A stretch of DNA of 32,000 nucleotides, from contig DAOVER010000018.1 in the NCBI GenBank assembly GCA_030668875.1, positions 1 to 32,000 on the forward strand. The letters are read 5' to 3'. Positions within the stretch are counted from its first letter, which is position 1. The number at the start of each line of letters is the position of its first letter. Below the pieces are notes generated by a model. The model was not told the DNA's origin. It did no database searches and saw only the letters and a list, made by a program, of their open reading frames with translations. Source of the stretch: Candidatus Heimdallarchaeota archaeon (lineage in GTDB: Archaea > Asgardarchaeota > Heimdallarchaeia > Heimdallarchaeales > Heimdallarchaeaceae). Below, piece after piece: positions 1 through 8,609 of the stretch. A program made the position numbers and the translations under genes.

Positions 1-1
1 T

Positions 2-757
2 ATCATAAAATCCACCTAAATGGAGTGAAGCAGCATTTATGTCTGAATAATTGTTAACTATCCTTCCTCCAGACCAAAAATCATCTAGCATCTCATGTTC
101 TTTAAGTAAATCAAGATTATCAGCTGGATAACTATTACCGTCCATCCAAGGAACAAGTAACTCGTAACGAAGTTGTCCCCCTCTAAATGCGGCTGTATAG
201 GTGTCAGTTGTTGCAACCATTGGTAATTGGCAAGCTAGTGAATTTGGCGCATTGGGTGCCATCATATATTGAGCTATGCCTAAAGCTGATGGGCCCCATG
301 TGCCAATCTTATCATTACACCATTGTTGTTCAGAAATCCAGAGTAATGAATCATGACCATCTGTCTGTTCTGTAAAAAAGGGCATCCCTTTCTCGCCATC
401 AGATTCAAAGAAACCGCGAAAATCTTGTAAAATCAGAATAAAGTCACGTACAACATATCCTGATAAGAATATCCACATCATATCTTTATCATAAGGCGTG
501 CGAACAAAAATTACAGGGAGTGATTCGTTAATGTTTATTGGAATATATACGTCAGTGGCTAACTTGACCCCATCCCTCATTGAGGGCATATAAGGCACTT
601 TGACATAATCATCATAGTAGGTGCTATTCTCTGGAAACACCCAATTGAATTCTGGCTCAGGTACATCATTATTTGGTAAATAGATAACAAGTAAAGTGAT
701 TGAAGTTGCGAGAATTATTGAACCAGAAATTATTAGTGCCAAATACTTAGTCTTCAT
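2..757 (-). CDS. CocE/NonD family (S15-type) alpha/beta hydrolase with N-terminal membrane anchor; N-terminal part only, gene continues beyond the left edge
   Basis: Not in the ORF track. Hand translation from ATG at 757: MKTKYLALIISGSIILATSITLLVIYL (TM)...MRDGVKLATDVYIP...PVIFVRTPYDK...LQDFRGFFESDG...DGHDSLLWISEQQWCNDKIGTWGPSALG (nucleophile elbow)...HLGGFYD. The frame is open to the window edge. Confidence 0.9.
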   Translation of the reverse strand, partial: MKTKYLALIISGSIILATSITLLVIYLPNNDVPEPEFNWVFPENSTYYDDYVKVPYMPSMRDGVKLATDVYIPININESLPVIFVRTPYDKDMMWIFLSGYVVRDFILILQDFRGFFESDGEKGMPFFTEQTDGHDSLLWISEQQWCNDKIGTWGPSALGIAQYMMAPNAPNSLACQLPMVATTDTYTAAFRGGQLRYELLVPWMDGNSYPADNLDLLKEHEMLDDFWSGGRIVNNYSDINAASLHLGGFYD

Positions 758-825
758 GCGTTTGTTTATGTATCTAGACCTATTTAATATTTTAGTGAAA
801 ATGACAGTTAAGAATAATTTTCAAA

Positions 826-1485
826 TTAAATATCCTTCAAACAGCCTTTGATATCTTCAAAAAGTGTAGGGTTTTTGATTATTAATCCTATCCAAAAAAT
901 TACGTCCATAAGAAATCTCCCGGAATCAGTAGTCATTTCAGCTGTCATAACATTGTTGATAACTTCTTCTGTTGCTGTTTCGAAATTCTTGATCAACTCT
1001 GCATTAGCAATGGTATACCACTCAATTATTTTTTTCTCAAAACACTGCGCATCTATCTCTTTTCCTTCAAAATTATTTTGAAGAACATTGCTAATGAAAT
1101 CAACAAGAGTTTTGCGAATCTTTATCATATCTTTATCTTCAATATCGGTGAAAGGATTTGTTTCAACACCAATTAAAAAGAATTTAGCAGTTGTACCATA
1201 TAGAGTCTCGGATTTATTGTTCTCGTAAACTCTTTTACCACATTTAGTTACCATGCCTTTATCGGTCAATTTCCCTAAATAACGATAGATAGTTTTGACA
1301 GATTTCTCATTATTATTCGCCAAAAATTCTTCTTGAATGTTGCTGATGGTTAAGGGGCCTTTTTGATTGAGAATCAGACGTAGAAAAAGATAATTTGAAT
1401 CTGTGAAAATTGAATCATTTCTTACAGAGGGAATGTGTTTTATAGCTTTTGGAATATATCCTGGTGTAGAATCTTCAGATTTCAT
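826..1485 (-). CDS. Winged helix-turn-helix (ArsR-like) transcriptional regulator with C-terminal helical domain
   Basis: GPLTISNIQEEF...SVKTIYRYLGKLTDKGMVTKCGKR...ETLYGTTAKFF is a HTH plus wing pattern. GGGGT SD-like motif just upstream of the ATG. Divergent from the ABC operon. Confidence 0.75.
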   Translation of the reverse strand: MKSEDSTPGYIPKAIKHIPSVRNDSIFTDSNYLFLRLILNQKGPLTISNIQEEFLANNNEKSVKTIYRYLGKLTDKGMVTKCGKRVYENNKSETLYGTTAKFFLIGVETNPFTDIEDKDMIKIRKTLVDFISNVLQNNFEGKEIDAQCFEKKIIEWYTIANAELIKNFETATEEVINNVMTAEMTTDSGRFLMDVIFWIGLIIKNPTLFEDIKGCLKDI

Positions 1486-1540
1486 CTAATTACCCCTTTA
1501 ATTTGTTCTAATATGCCTTTTGTACACAAGTATAAAAATT

Positions 1541-1558
1541 TTCTCATGGATTTGAGAA
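1541..1558. promoter_or_regulatory. Palindrome TTCTCA-N6-TGAGAA, candidate operator next to the wHTH gene TATA box
   Basis: Perfect 6-bp arms at 1541-1546 and 1553-1558, a few bases from TATAAAAA at 1531. Confidence 0.35.
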
Positions 1559-1647
1559 GCCTTTCCCACATCCCTAAGATTTGTAAATGCTCTTGAAAAT
1601 GCCACATAAAAAGATGATAGGTTTCCTTGAAATCACGCATCATATTA

Positions 1648-1667
1648 TCTGAGAACTGATTCTCGGA
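1648..1667. promoter_or_regulatory. Imperfect palindrome TCTGAGAA-N4-TTCTCGGA upstream of the ABC operon TATA box
   Basis: 7 of 8 arm positions match. Shares the TGAGAA half-site with 1541-1558. TTTAAAAAA at 1682-1690 is ~30 nt upstream of the permease start. Confidence 0.35.
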
Positions 1668-1718
1668 ACACGTTACCTATCTTTAAAAAAGGATATATAC
1701 GTATCAATTAAACTTGGT

Positions 1719-4700
1719 GTGATTGTATTGAGATATAAGGTTAGACTATTATTTATAACAATGTTACTGATTTTAGCACCTATTTTCACGTTTTCTACTG
1801 CAGCTGACAATGAAGAAATTCTTTATATGACAGGATTTGAAGAAGGAGGAGGAATCGAAGAATCATTTCCCGTGGTGGACATGCATGGAGATTTACATGT
1901 TTTCATCCATATCGTAACAGCTGAAACAGATCGATTAGTTCATCTTTATTATATAGATGGGGAACCAACTTTTGAAATTATTGTAGAAGATGCGATTGGA
2001 CTTGTAATTCGATCTACATATAATAGTGACATAAATATTGGAGTAGTCTACAGCATTTTTACACTTCTAGGAGACATGGTTTTCTATAATTATAATTGGA
2101 TGCCAAACAATGTAATAACCACAGAAATCTATTCAATCACACAACATGATTTATTCTATATCACTTATTTTGATGTTGATTATGCAAATGGGTTTATTCA
2201 CATATTTCACAATAAGTATGATGACGATATGATGACTACAGTAAACATGACTCATCATTATGGTTTTCTTCATATATGGAATACTGAAAGATTCATCATA
2301 ACACCTCCATCACTTTACCAAAATGTTGTAGAAACACTAGTTGATAGAAATGGAGATATGTGGTACTTATACGACTATACTGGACCATATGGGATAGGGA
2401 TAGGAATTCTCAACAGTTTTATGGAGATGATGATCCCAGTAGATCAACAAGGTTTTAGCGATGTATTTTTTGATGTTGAGAAAGTTGTAGCAGTAGCGGA
2501 GGATACAGATCTGCTTAGTTTCATGTTTATAAATCCAAATAGAATGTTTTGGGGTACTTTTGATGGAATAGATATTATAGAGCATTCTCAAGCTATCTCA
2601 TATACAAATCCTTCAGATTTTAATTACAAAGTTGAAGGAGATACCAAAACATTAATTCTTTCTGATGCACAGGAGGGTACAAATTTTGTGAATATATACT
2701 ATGCTTCTATGTCAGCAGGTTCTTGGCAATTTAACCCCATACCTACATCAAATCATATTTCTGATGGCTTCTTCTCAACGTTCATTTATGGAAATGATTA
2801 TGTTCTTTTGTATAATACCACTGTGAACCCATCAGAGTATAGTCCAACAGTGGGTATTCAATATATTGAAGAACAAGCTATTAGTTTATTCGTAGTAACA
2901 TCAGAAAATTTTGATACCTCAGTCGTTATTGAGAATCTAACATCGTTCAATCCTTGGGTAGTATTCTTCACAACATTATGGTATATTCCTGTTACAATTG
3001 GAGTAGTACTAATAATCATAATTACTTCCCTAGTAATTTACATAAGAAGAAATAAGGAAAAACTATCAGCTTTTCTTACTGATACGCAAGTTGGAGAACA
3101 TTCTAAATTTGTTCTGTACTTCAAAAACGTAGTACGATACATTAGAAATGTAACAAGTACTGTTTTTACAATATGGACATCAAATAAGAAGCGAACTTTT
3201 CTAACTCTAGCAGGTTTTATTATAACAGGTTATCTACTTAGCTCAGCAATCATTATTGCACAATCTGAAGAATCAGCAATGATCACCGCTTACTATAATG
3301 CAAATTCAATGCTTACTGATTCCGATGTGTCAGCTAGAGTGGTTACATCATTTGTTTCAAATGGAATAGATAATTTCACAATTGAAGATGATTATGTCAA
3401 TAATGCAAAGCAAGAAATCTTGAATATATATGATGGTATGTATGTACAAAAATATGTGGACCGGGTGATATCTGCATACTATACGGTACCGTATGTATAT
3501 TACCAGTTTAGTGAAACTCAATTTTATAAAAATGATTATGATTTTGTAGGTCTTCCTGAAGATTCTGATGAGTTTATGCAAACTCTAATTTACGAAGGTC
3601 GAGTTCCTGAAAATAAGAGTGAAGTAATCATAAGTTATAGGTTGGCTCAGGATGTTTCAAGATACCAGCAAATACAACTCAATGATACTCTAATGGTTAT
3701 TGCAGCAAATGAAGATGTAGGGGGACAAGTATATGACTATATGATAAATGCTACAGTAGTAGGTTTCTTTAGTCCGCTTAATGTTGCACAACTTAGAAAA
3801 ATTTCTACATATTTAGATTTTCCAAACGATATCTATTCTATAGTTGAAGAAAAGGAAATTCTTACAAAAGAGAGTTTATTCTTTGATTTCTTTAATAAAA
3901 GTGATACTAAACTCAAACTAAATATTGTACGTGGGTACTATCAGTTTGATTATAACTTTGACAATTTTAGAATAGAAGAACGAGCAGCACTGGCAACCGA
4001 ACAAGAGGAGCTTGAAGGGAAGGTGTTTACGTTCAGTTTTGATGCACTATCTGCTATTACTATAGGAGTGAGTAATGCTCAAAATGTATATACTTCAGAA
4101 ATCAAGGAGTTTTTTGAAGATTTCAATTCTTACTATCTAAATAATATGGCTAGATTATTGATTTTTGCAATACCTGCTGTATTGCTTTCAATCTTTATGG
4201 TATTTGAATCATCGGAACTATTTTCGTCAAGTTATCAAAGTGAAATTGAAATCTTAAGAAACCGAGGAATACCAAATAGACAAATAACGTCAATTTATCT
4301 TTCAATAAGATTCTTCGAAATCTTAATTGCAAGTGTAGTAAGCTTTGGGATAGCTATACTAACGGCAATACCATTGATCAAAGTTAATGGATTTATAACT
4401 TTCAGAAATGAAGATACAAATCTAGTAATAGGGAATGTACCATTTGAATTAGTAATTGTATTTGCGTTTCTATTTATAATTTCAGTACCCAGAATATTGA
4501 TGATTATAAGAAGAAGGAAAAAAGTAGAAAAAGTGCCAAGCACTTTCATGAAAATAATAAAAGCAATTTCATGGAGAGATTTATTCTTTTTAGTGATGGG
4601 AGTATTTCTATTCTTGTACTTCTACAATCAAACCTTTTTAGCGTACTATGATTCACATGTTGAAAATTTCATCATATATCTGTACCTAACAATTATCGGG

Positions 4701-5978
4701 GCTATATTCAGTCTAATTGGTGGATTACCATTCATCATTAAGATTCTATCAATGATTTGGAAAGGTATAGGGTATGCGTTATGGAATTCGAAAAAGACAA
4801 GAACAAGTTTCCTATTCTCAGAAATTAGCAAGGATATTAAGTATTTTGAAAATATAACACTGATATTCTTACTGATCGTATGTATTCTAGTACCAGTGTT
4901 GATTGTTCCGTATTCAAAAGAAAGCACGCTAGGACAGCAAGCTTACTTCATAAACGGAGCAGATGTCAAAGTTGAAAGCTGGAATAAAATAACAGAGATA
5001 AGTAAGGAACAAATAGAAGCAATGCCAGAAGTGAGATTTGCTACTAATGTTAGAGTATATACGATGTATTCAGGTTCATATACGAATACAAGAATAGTGG
5101 TAGTCAATACGACGGAGTTTACGAATATTATACAGAAACCACCTCAATCAATATCAGATCTGGCATGGTCACAGATGAAAAAACTGACAAATACAACATG
5201 TATAACTTCAAGATCTGTGCAACAGATATTTAACAAAGAGATTGGGTCCACAATGTCATTCCAAGCATTAGTAGCAAACACTACCCTAATTCATAGGTTG
5301 GAAATAATAGAGTTCTTTGATCTGTTTCCAGTATATTATGATGAACAAGAAGCAGCAGAAAAAAGAACCATGATGATAATATCAAATGAAGCATTTGATG
5401 CAATAGATAATATCATACTGACAAGATTGAAAACATTTGATGATCTATATCTTAAGTTGTATGATGTAAATAAAGCAGAAGAAGTGAAAAGAGAAATCTT
5501 TCCATGCACAGGAGGACAAGTAGTAAGAACAGTGGAAGATGTGAAAGATACGCTGAAAACACCTCTATATAATATATTCATCATAGAAATGATACTATCC
5601 TTGTTTGTATCGGCAGCAGTGCTTTTATTCTCAAGCTTTACAACATCAATAAAGATTCTAGAAAGAAGAGTTGTGAAACATGACATCATGAAGAAGATGG
5701 GAATAAATGTTCCAACGATAATAAACATGTCTGCAATACAGACACTGATAGCAGCAATTATACCGTCGATGGTGATAGGAACGGCAGTTGGATTGCTAGC
5801 AGTAAGACCAACATTAATACAACTAAGCTATGGGGCAGCACCGTATGAAATGCATGTGAACTTTCCATGGCTGATGATAACGATGCTGATAGTAGGAATA
5901 CCACTGATGATTTACATATTCATGAACCTATTCCTGAAAAGGGATTTTGGTAAATATGCACCAACAGTAATGGAGTAG
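1719..5978 (+). CDS. MacB/FtsX-type ABC transporter permease (two FtsX-like TM blocks with extracytoplasmic domains) plus an additional ~400-aa N-terminal extracellular domain
   Basis: Signal peptide, soluble beta-rich region, TM ~415-445, then WTSNKKRTFLTLAGFIITGYLLSS (MacB TM1-like), periplasmic-type domain (EGRVPENKSEVIIS), EIEILRNRGIPNRQI and HDIMKKMGINVPTI (the two FtsX 'E-I-x-I-L-R-A-L-G' equivalents). GTG start; in-frame TTG at 1728 is an alternative. Confidence 0.85.
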   Translation: MIVLRYKVRLLFITMLLILAPIFTFSTAADNEEILYMTGFEEGGGIEESFPVVDMHGDLHVFIHIVTAETDRLVHLYYIDGEPTFEIIVEDAIGLVIRSTYNSDINIGVVYSIFTLLGDMVFYNYNWMPNNVITTEIYSITQHDLFYITYFDVDYANGFIHIFHNKYDDDMMTTVNMTHHYGFLHIWNTERFIITPPSLYQNVVETLVDRNGDMWYLYDYTGPYGIGIGILNSFMEMMIPVDQQGFSDVFFDVEKVVAVAEDTDLLSFMFINPNRMFWGTFDGIDIIEHSQAISYTNPSDFNYKVEGDTKTLILSDAQEGTNFVNIYYASMSAGSWQFNPIPTSNHISDGFFSTFIYGNDYVLLYNTTVNPSEYSPTVGIQYIEEQAISLFVVTSENFDTSVVIENLTSFNPWVVFFTTLWYIPVTIGVVLIIIITSLVIYIRRNKEKLSAFLTDTQVGEHSKFVLYFKNVVRYIRNVTSTVFTIWTSNKKRTFLTLAGFIITGYLLSSAIIIAQSEESAMITAYYNANSMLTDSDVSARVVTSFVSNGIDNFTIEDDYVNNAKQEILNIYDGMYVQKYVDRVISAYYTVPYVYYQFSETQFYKNDYDFVGLPEDSDEFMQTLIYEGRVPENKSEVIISYRLAQDVSRYQQIQLNDTLMVIAANEDVGGQVYDYMINATVVGFFSPLNVAQLRKISTYLDFPNDIYSIVEEKEILTKESLFFDFFNKSDTKLKLNIVRGYYQFDYNFDNFRIEERAALATEQEELEGKVFTFSFDALSAITIGVSNAQNVYTSEIKEFFEDFNSYYLNNMARLLIFAIPAVLLSIFMVFESSELFSSSYQSEIEILRNRGIPNRQITSIYLSIRFFEILIASVVSFGIAILTAIPLIKVNGFITFRNEDTNLVIGNVPFELVIVFAFLFIISVPRILMIIRRRKKVEKVPSTFMKIIKAISWRDLFFLVMGVFLFLYFYNQTFLAYYDSHVENFIIYLYLTIIGAIFSLIGGLPFIIKILSMIWKGIGYALWNSKKTRTSFLFSEISKDIKYFENITLIFLLIVCILVPVLIVPYSKESTLGQQAYFINGADVKVESWNKITEISKEQIEAMPEVRFATNVRVYTMYSGSYTNTRIVVVNTTEFTNIIQKPPQSISDLAWSQMKKLTNTTCITSRSVQQIFNKEIGSTMSFQALVANTTLIHRLEIIEFFDLFPVYYDEQEAAEKRTMMIISNEAFDAIDNIILTRLKTFDDLYLKLYDVNKAEEVKREIFPCTGGQVVRTVEDVKDTLKTPLYNIFIIEMILSLFVSAAVLLFSSFTTSIKILERRVVKHDIMKKMGINVPTIINMSAIQTLIAAIIPSMVIGTAVGLLAVRPTLIQLSYGAAPYEMHVNFPWLMITMLIVGIPLMIYIFMNLFLKRDFGKYAPTVME

Positions 5979-5984
5979 AGAAAA

Positions 5985-7748
5985 ATGATAATATGCAAAG
6001 ATCTAATTAAAGTGTATCACGATCCTGTCACAGATTTGAAGGTATCAGCACTAAGAGGACTCGATCTATTCATAAACGAAGGAGAAGTTGCATCGATCAT
6101 CGGACCTTCAGGTGCTGGCAAAAGCACATTGGTAAAAATCTTATCGGGGGTACTGAAACCTAGTGGTGGGTCAGTCTATATTGGCGAAACAAATATAGCC
6201 GATCTAAATGAGAAAAACATGAGACAATTCAGATTTGAAAGAATGGGAATAGTGAACCAATATGTGCACCAGAACCTATTGTCAAATCTAACGGTAGAAA
6301 AGAATATCATGCTGCCAATGAAAATGAGATATGTTAATCGACAAACAGTGAGAAAGGAAACGGATGATCTAATAAAACTGTTAAATCTAAATAAAATAAG
6401 AACAAACCCAGTGACAAAAATAAGTGGAGGAGAAGCAGTAAGGACTAGTATAGGTGTAGCTCTAGCAAAGAAACCAGCTATGATACTAGCTGATGAACCT
6501 ACAGGTCAATTAGACACCGCAAATACTAACGATATTGTAGCTACTTTCAAAGATCTCAATGATCAATATAACACTACTATTCTTGTTGTAACACACGATC
6601 TTAGATTTAGGAATGCTTTCAAGAAAAGCTTCATCATACGTGACGGTCGTTTAGTTGGTGTTAATCTTGATGTCGATAGAAGTGAGCTAGAGTTTATTTT
6701 AAGACCGCAAGAATCTACTCTTCAATCTGTTATTGATAGCTCTCAATTCGTTAGGTTACCAGATGAAGTTTTTGTTGGTGGTGATTACAAGCATATGGTT
6801 GAGTTCGACATCCATCCTTCAAAGAGATTTACCTTTATGTTTAACCCAAGTGATGTAAGCAAGGATCAGATTCAAGATATACTTGAGAATTATACAACTA
6901 TGGAAGAACAACCTGAAGCTGAACTACAACAAGATGATGAAGGTAAGGTGTCTTTTGAAGAAATCAAACCACTTCTTGAACAACAATTCGATTATCCGAA
7001 AAAAAGGACACCAATTATACAAGTTTCAAATCTTTACAAGTCTTTCCCTGCGGGAAGAATAACAAACGATGTTCTGAAGGATGTATCATTTACAGTAAAT
7101 CAAGGAGACTTTGTTGTTTTTTCAGGTAAGAGTGGAGCAGGAAAAACCACTTTGATGAATGTAGTATCTGGTGTAGAAACTCCCGATGATGGTGAAATCA
7201 AAATAAAGGATTTCGATATTGTTAATGGTGATTCAAGAGATATTGCAAATTTCCGATTCAATGAACTAGCCATGATAAGTCAAGTCAATAATCTCTTCAA
7301 ACAATATACAGTCCATGAGAATATGATAATTCCAAGAATTTTCAATTCAGTTAATCATTTCACGACAGAAGATATTCCCAGTATTGCTGAAGATGTGGAA
7401 ATTGATCACAAAATCAATCAATACGGAGTGGAACTGTCAGCAGGAGAACGTCAAAGAGCTGCTTTGGCAATCGCTTTAGCGAGAAAAGCTCCAATCATCC
7501 TCGCAGATGAACCAACAGCTAATGTCGACTCAAGACTTGCTAGAAATATCATCACTCTACTTATGGATACAGCAAAGCAATATGGCACGACAATTCTCAT
7601 GTCAACCCACGATTTATCTCTTGTAAGACCTGGATTCAGATTGATACGATTGCAAGACGGGATAATAGTTGAGGATATGAGAGTTACCAAGGATAAACTA
7701 AAAGGAATTATCGAAGACTATCTCAATATAGAAATAGCAGAAAAATAA
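5985..7748 (+). CDS. ABC transporter ATP-binding protein with two LolD/MacB-type nucleotide-binding domains
   Basis: NBD1: GPSGAGKS, ISGGE, ILADEPTGQLD, VTHD. NBD2: GKSGAGKT, LSAGE, ILADEPTANVD, STHD. Starts 6 nt after the permease stop. Confidence 0.93.
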   Translation: MIICKDLIKVYHDPVTDLKVSALRGLDLFINEGEVASIIGPSGAGKSTLVKILSGVLKPSGGSVYIGETNIADLNEKNMRQFRFERMGIVNQYVHQNLLSNLTVEKNIMLPMKMRYVNRQTVRKETDDLIKLLNLNKIRTNPVTKISGGEAVRTSIGVALAKKPAMILADEPTGQLDTANTNDIVATFKDLNDQYNTTILVVTHDLRFRNAFKKSFIIRDGRLVGVNLDVDRSELEFILRPQESTLQSVIDSSQFVRLPDEVFVGGDYKHMVEFDIHPSKRFTFMFNPSDVSKDQIQDILENYTTMEEQPEAELQQDDEGKVSFEEIKPLLEQQFDYPKKRTPIIQVSNLYKSFPAGRITNDVLKDVSFTVNQGDFVVFSGKSGAGKTTLMNVVSGVETPDDGEIKIKDFDIVNGDSRDIANFRFNELAMISQVNNLFKQYTVHENMIIPRIFNSVNHFTTEDIPSIAEDVEIDHKINQYGVELSAGERQRAALAIALARKAPIILADEPTANVDSRLARNIITLLMDTAKQYGTTILMSTHDLSLVRPGFRLIRLQDGIIVEDMRVTKDKLKGIIEDYLNIEIAEK

Positions 7749-7764
7749 AAACAGAAACATCTGC

Positions 7765-7782
7765 TTTTCAATTTTTATTTTT
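7765..7782 (+). terminator. T-rich tract, probable archaeal intrinsic terminator of the ABC operon
   Basis: TTTTCAATTTTTATTTTT just after the ATPase stop, in a convergent intergenic gap. Confidence 0.4.
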
Positions 7783-7793
7783 AAATTTGATTA

Positions 7794-8540
7794 TTATTTT
7801 ATCTCAATTTCAGCAACGGATGAAAGAATAACATCAGCATCAACCAATTCTTTTTCTGTTGACCTGCCTGTTAAAACACCTATACAACCTAAATTACCCG
7901 CATTCTTTCCTAGAAGCATATCACGATTATCGTCACCAAATACAATTGATTTTGAAACATCAACATCCAAAACTTTGCATGCATATTGTAACATATCTGG
8001 AGCAGGTTTGCGTTGATATGGAGAATCAACATCAATCCCTAAAATCAAGTCAAAATGCTTTCTAATCCCAGCGCTTTTCAAATGCTTGGTAGCTGGAGTG
8101 GTGCTATCATGAGTAAATACAATAATCTTAACACCAGTCGCATCTAGTTTTTCTAGTAATTCCTTCACACCGGGATAAGGTTTGATGTATGAACTAAAAT
8201 CAACTTTATCGTCGACTTGGTCGAAAATATCTGAAAGTTCACCTATTGTAACATTAACTGAGAAGTTTTGTAGAAAATATCGAACATTACGCAAATTGTT
8301 AACTCTAGGTTCGTGTATTGATCCACCCTCAATAATAGTGTTAGTTTTGGGATCAACACCAAATAACTCGAGAAGTTGATCGTGAGCTTCCTCAGGAAGT
8401 TTGTATTTTTTAGCAAAGACTTCTGAACGTTTCTGCATTACTGGGATATACATACATATGTCTAGAAGTGTGCCATCCTTATCAAAACCGACAAGCTCGA
8501 CATCTCGAAACTTCTTATCTCCACACTTAATGGTTATCAT
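7794..8540 (-). CDS. HAD-superfamily hydrolase (phosphoglycolate phosphatase-like, subfamily IA)
   Basis: Motif I FDKDGTLLD, motif II VFTHD, motif III RKPAPDML, motif IV FGDDNRD. Confidence 0.9.
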   Translation of the reverse strand: MITIKCGDKKFRDVELVGFDKDGTLLDICMYIPVMQKRSEVFAKKYKLPEEAHDQLLELFGVDPKTNTIIEGGSIHEPRVNNLRNVRYFLQNFSVNVTIGELSDIFDQVDDKVDFSSYIKPYPGVKELLEKLDATGVKIIVFTHDSTTPATKHLKSAGIRKHFDLILGIDVDSPYQRKPAPDMLQYACKVLDVDVSKSIVFGDDNRDMLLGKNAGNLGCIGVLTGRSTEKELVDADVILSSVAEIEIK

Positions 8541-8609
8541 ACGTATCTGACTAAAGTTAAACAGTTTAATAATTTATCGCATTGAAAGAATGTGGTTTCA
8601 AATATGCTA

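Noticed and set aside
240-300. CocE nucleophile elbow GPSALG lacks the usual Tyr after Ser
   Set aside because: That residue contributes a backbone amide to the oxyanion hole and the RTPY Tyr is intact; not evidence of novelty or inactivity.
187-375. 62-aa plus-strand ORF in the track
   Set aside because: It is antisense to the clearly recognisable CocE/NonD hydrolase.
4295-5728. Minus-strand ORFs 4295-4549, 4646-4927 and 5336-5728 as overlapping genes explaining the codon skew
   Set aside because: They are discontinuous, have no recognisable motifs, and their composition mirrors the permease codons.
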